DNA of 64,000 nt from Gemmatimonadales bacterium. Lineage in GTDB: Bacteria; Gemmatimonadota; Gemmatimonadetes; Gemmatimonadales; GWC2-71-9. The notes under the pieces are model-generated. The model saw nothing but the letters and a program-made list of their open reading frames with translations, was not told the DNA's origin and ran no database searches. The stretch's first letter is position 1, and every line of letters starts with the position of its first letter. Below, one piece after another: positions 61,040 through 64,000 of the stretch. Where the stretch lies: the NCBI GenBank assembly GCA_036004985.1, contig DASYQX010000073.1:10713-74712 (forward strand). Reading direction: 5' to 3'. The translations under genes were made by a program, and so were the position numbers.

Positions 61040-62755
61040 CTAGTACTGCATGTACTTCAACGATCCGGCGGCGTCGGTCCACGCGAGGTGCCGGGTCCCG
61101 CCGCTGGTGACTTTGAGACTCGTGAGACGGAAGTTCCCGGGGCCTTGCAACGACAGCGGGACAACTGTCCACGCTCCCGCGCCGGCACACGCCGTGGAGC
61201 AGGTCGCACCCTCGTACCGGCCGGTCACCAAGTTCGCGAACGCCACCTCCAATTGGTCGCCGGGACCGAGGGCCAGGCTCGGCCTGTAGAATCCGACATC
61301 GGCATTGGGCGCGGCCACCGTCGCCACGACCCGGCTGGCCCAGTTGGTCGCGATGTCGCAGGAAGCGGAGCACGTCGCGTACTTGACGGTTCCGTTCGAC
61401 TGGTCTTCGTATGTGACGTGCAACGCCCCCTGGCTGTCCACGAGGAGGGAGGAGCCGATACCGACCCGCCCGGCGGTATCGACGATCCCCACGGTCCACG
61501 CCGCTGGACTGCAGGGTCCCGGGCAGGTGGCGTACCGGAGATCCCCGTTGCCGTCCTCGAAGTAGGCCACGTGCACCCTCCCGCCGGCGTCGACGGCGAC
61601 GGACGAGAAGGCACCCACGTTGCCGAGCGTGTCGACTGTCGTCGATGCCCAGTTGGCCTGGACCAAGCAAGACGACGCGCACGTCGCGCTGCGAAGATCG
61701 CCGGCGGCGAAGTAGGTGAGATGGAGCCGATTGGCGGGCGCGATAGCGAGCGACGTGAACGCGCCGACCCCACCACCCGCGACTGCGACGTTGCCGCTGC
61801 CGGCGGCCGCGTACTTGGCGGCATCGTTCCCGAAATCCTGGTAGGCAACGCTCAGTCCACCGCTGCTGTTCGCGGCGAGTGAAGCATAGAGTCCCACCTT
61901 CCCTGCACCGCCGGCATCATCGAGCGTCGTCGTCGTCCATCCGGTCCGCTGCGTGCAGTCCCCGCTACAGGTCGCGAGCCGCAGCGTCATCGTGAAGGCC
62001 ACGGACTCGGACCAGCGGTACGCGATGCGGGGGCGGCCATCCGCGCCGAGCACCAGCGAGGCGAAGTCACCGGGGGAGTCGAGGATCACCAGGGCGCCGC
62101 GCGCGGTCGTGAAGTTCCACACCACTGGGTTCGCCAGGGCCCCACCCGACGTGCTGTGGATGCGATCGTCCACCCGCGCCGTGTAGCTGCGCAGCGCCGC
62201 CAGCGGGGTCGAGAATCGGAGCGACTTGGTCGCGGGATCGTAGCTGACCGCGCCCGCCACCGGCGTGACACCGTCCAGAACCTGCAACGGGTTGTCCCCC
62301 AGGCTCGCCGTGTCGAGCGGTTCGTTGAAGTACACGGCGACGGTGACCCCGGCGCTCGCGTCTCCGCAGCAGGGAGGGACGATCGAGTCCGTCCCGAATG
62401 CCACCGCGTTGTCGGCGATCACGAACGCCACCGCGGTGGATCGCTCGCCATTGGGATTGACCACGCGGATCTCGGCCGTGGCCGGCGCGACGACGTCTTG
62501 ATCGTCAATGAATGCAACGAGTCGGGTGGAGTCGACGAACGTCGTCAGGCGGGGAGCGCCGTTCCACTGGACCACAGAGCTGTCGCGGAAGTTCCTCCCG
62601 TTCACCACGAGCGCAAACGGACCTGAATTCGGCCGGGCGCGATTCGGACCAATCGAGACGATCGCCGGTGCGGTGGGCGAGGGGCCGGTGGCGTCGCTGC
62701 ATGCGTACAGGGCAAGCACGATGAGCGCCAATAGCGCGGATCTACGCACGTGCAT
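61040..62755 (-). CDS. lipoprotein: IPT/TIG + SbsA-Ig (Big_5)-like + seven Cys-pair propeller-like repeats
   Basis: Lipobox LALYAC. IPT-like IVSIGPN...NGRNF. FNEPLD...V.YDPATKSLRF Ig-like segment. ~50-aa repeats with (K/R)YATCxxxC...W...VD..G.VG..SSL. Confidence 0.8.
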   Translation of the reverse strand: MHVRRSALLALIVLALYACSDATGPSPTAPAIVSIGPNRARPNSGPFALVVNGRNFRDSSVVQWNGAPRLTTFVDSTRLVAFIDDQDVVAPATAEIRVVNPNGERSTAVAFVIADNAVAFGTDSIVPPCCGDASAGVTVAVYFNEPLDTASLGDNPLQVLDGVTPVAGAVSYDPATKSLRFSTPLAALRSYTARVDDRIHSTSGGALANPVVWNFTTARGALVILDSPGDFASLVLGADGRPRIAYRWSESVAFTMTLRLATCSGDCTQRTGWTTTTLDDAGGAGKVGLYASLAANSSGGLSVAYQDFGNDAAKYAAAGSGNVAVAGGGVGAFTSLAIAPANRLHLTYFAAGDLRSATCASSCLVQANWASTTVDTLGNVGAFSSVAVDAGGRVHVAYFEDGNGDLRYATCPGPCSPAAWTVGIVDTAGRVGIGSSLLVDSQGALHVTYEDQSNGTVKYATCSASCDIATNWASRVVATVAAPNADVGFYRPSLALGPGDQLEVAFANLVTGRYEGATCSTACAGAGAWTVVPLSLQGPGNFRLTSLKVTSGGTRHLAWTDAAGSLKYMQY

Positions 62756-62757
62756 CG

Positions 62758-63348
62758 TCAGAACCGTATGCCGAAGGTGAACGGCAGAATCACTTCGCTG
62801 TGGCCGCTGAAAAGGTGGAACCGCGCCTCGGTGAAGGCCTCGGCGTTGCGCAAGGGAAACCGGAGACCCACGCCAGGAGTGAGCGCCCCACCGAACGGAT
62901 GGTAATCAACCCTCGTGCCGTTGTCGTAGCGGCTCGAAACAGACGCCCGATAGAAGGTCAGCCCCCCGATCACATAGGGCCGGACGCGGGACCGGGTCAG
63001 GTCGTACGTCAGGTCGACGTTCGCCGCGACGGTGCGGGAGTCGGACATGAGGGAGAAATCGGGGAAGGAAGAGCGGTATTCGCGCTCGCGCTCATAGTAG
63101 GCCACACCTAACCGGAGACCCAGCCGGTCGAACTGTCGTATGTAACCGCCTTGGAGCGAGAGCCCGAGGGATGGCCCGTAACCACCCGCGTACGAGCTAG
63201 GGAAGCGGATGAGACGGCCGAGCTCGAAGCCCCCGGCGACGTAGAATCTGGGGCCGGATGAGTGCGGCGTCGTGTCGGCGGGTTCCTGGGCGATGACGGG
63301 GCGAGGGAGCGCGGCGGCGAGTGCGACCAACAGGGGAGCGAAGCGCAT
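62758..63348 (-). CDS. small outer-membrane beta-barrel protein
   Basis: Signal peptide MRFAPLLVALAAALPRPVIAQ, alternating beta-strand pattern, C-terminal FTFGIRF. GGAGG lies upstream. Confidence 0.75.
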   Translation of the reverse strand: MRFAPLLVALAAALPRPVIAQEPADTTPHSSGPRFYVAGGFELGRLIRFPSSYAGGYGPSLGLSLQGGYIRQFDRLGLRLGVAYYEREREYRSSFPDFSLMSDSRTVAANVDLTYDLTRSRVRPYVIGGLTFYRASVSSRYDNGTRVDYHPFGGALTPGVGLRFPLRNAEAFTEARFHLFSGHSEVILPFTFGIRF

Positions 63349-63500
63349 GAAGCCTCCGAGGAAGGGCAGCGTCCGTCCTGTGTACCCCCGAAATCCCTGA
63401 AGGCACACCCGTTGCGCGGACGCAACAGCGGCAAAAATCCGTGTTGCCGCGGCCTCCTCCACATCCAGGCGCCCCTGACCGATCAAGGCTCGTCTGGTCA

Positions 63501-63806
63501 TCAGCGCAAGAAGATTGTGCCGCAGAGAACCGCCACGAGTATCAGGAGAGCGATCAACCACGCTCGCGTGGTTCTCCGCGCCCAGGAAGCGTCCCACCAG
63601 GGTTGGCGGGGATTGACCTGCAAGGTTCGCACGACCGCCAACGCCCGTTCATACTCGGTGTCGTCGACGACCGCGACGATGGTCGGACTGCCTGGAAGGC
63701 CGGCCACGTTCTCGTTACGAATCATGCACTGAATGCCCGCTGCATCCAGCGCGATTTGCGCGCTCTCGACGAGGGAAAGATCCGTCGTGCTCAGAATCGG
63801 TCTCAT
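63501..63806 (-). CDS. DUF2007 domain protein with C-terminal TM
   Basis: The L....A..A.L.AAGI......N........G....V.V.D..Y..A pattern matches the putative signal-transducing DUF2007 fold. Confidence 0.7.
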   Translation of the reverse strand: MRPILSTTDLSLVESAQIALDAAGIQCMIRNENVAGLPGSPTIVAVVDDTEYERALAVVRTLQVNPRQPWWDASWARRTTRAWLIALLILVAVLCGTIFLR

Positions 63807-63812
63807 TGGATC

Positions 63813-63998
63813 TCAATCGGGCCAGCCGGGACTCCACCCCCTGACCGCCGCTCGGATGAATACCAGACCCAGGCCCAGGGCGAAGAGCCCGAGGAGCAGC
63901 GCCATCCAAACGCGCGGAAACCCGACGATGCCACCGATGATCATAAACGTACCGCCGAGGGACAGAAAGACGCCCAGAACGCCGGCTGCGACTCGACT
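63813..63998 (-). CDS. 3' end of a membrane protein gene entering from the right edge (partial)
   Basis: Open frame reads ...AAGVLGVFLSLGGTFMIIGGIVGFPRVWMALLLGLFALGLGLVFIRAAVRGWSPGWPD, ending at TGA 63813-63815, 6 nt before the next ATG. Absent from the ORF track because the start lies outside the window. Confidence 0.5.
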   Translation of the reverse strand, partial: SRVAAGVLGVFLSLGGTFMIIGGIVGFPRVWMALLLGLFALGLGLVFIRAAVRGWSPGWPD

Positions 63999-64000
63999 TC

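Overview
Visibly GC-rich bacterial chromosomal segment; almost every third codon position is G/C, so long antisense shadow ORFs are common. It is densely packed with about 60 genes. From gene content (GWxTD-like protein, MglA/MglB, several TPR/PEGA Ser/Thr kinases, many Ig-like secreted proteins) I infer Gemmatimonadota or a related lineage; this was not tested. Recognisable core genes: lspA, tRNA-Asn(GTT), grpE-dnaJ, cinA, pgsA, mglB-mglA, recR, ybaB, dnaX, SRP RNA (ffs), ltaE, a class II aldolase, pyk and nrdJ. There are also four eukaryotic-type Ser/Thr kinases, a MarR/ABC-exporter unit, and many secreted, outer-membrane or unknown-function proteins. No CRISPR array, rRNA, transposase, integrase or prophage was seen. 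The best candidate for an undescribed system is at 28457-34020. It is a tandemly duplicated two-gene module: a membrane-anchored protein with an intact N-terminal JAMM/MPN+ metalloprotease motif and a C-terminal Cys-pair domain, followed by a secreted protein with a shared N-terminal Cys-pair domain and Big_1-like Ig repeats. One copy sits at the end of a pyk-fba-ltaE gene run joined by 4-nt overlaps. Other notable items: (1) an FHA / kinase / PP2C / FHA-TM-trypsin cassette; (2) unusual domain fusions (kinase-PEGA-FGE-hydrolase, kinase-PEGA-TonB_C, HExxH peptidase-propeller-Omp85 barrel); (3) two zinc-ribbon paralogs flanking a MOSC gene; (4) inverted repeats built from tandem short words, including one inside dnaX; (5) TAnnnT boxes 5-10 nt upstream of about a dozen start codons, suggesting leaderless mRNAs. 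All domain calls come from reading the translations, not from database searches.
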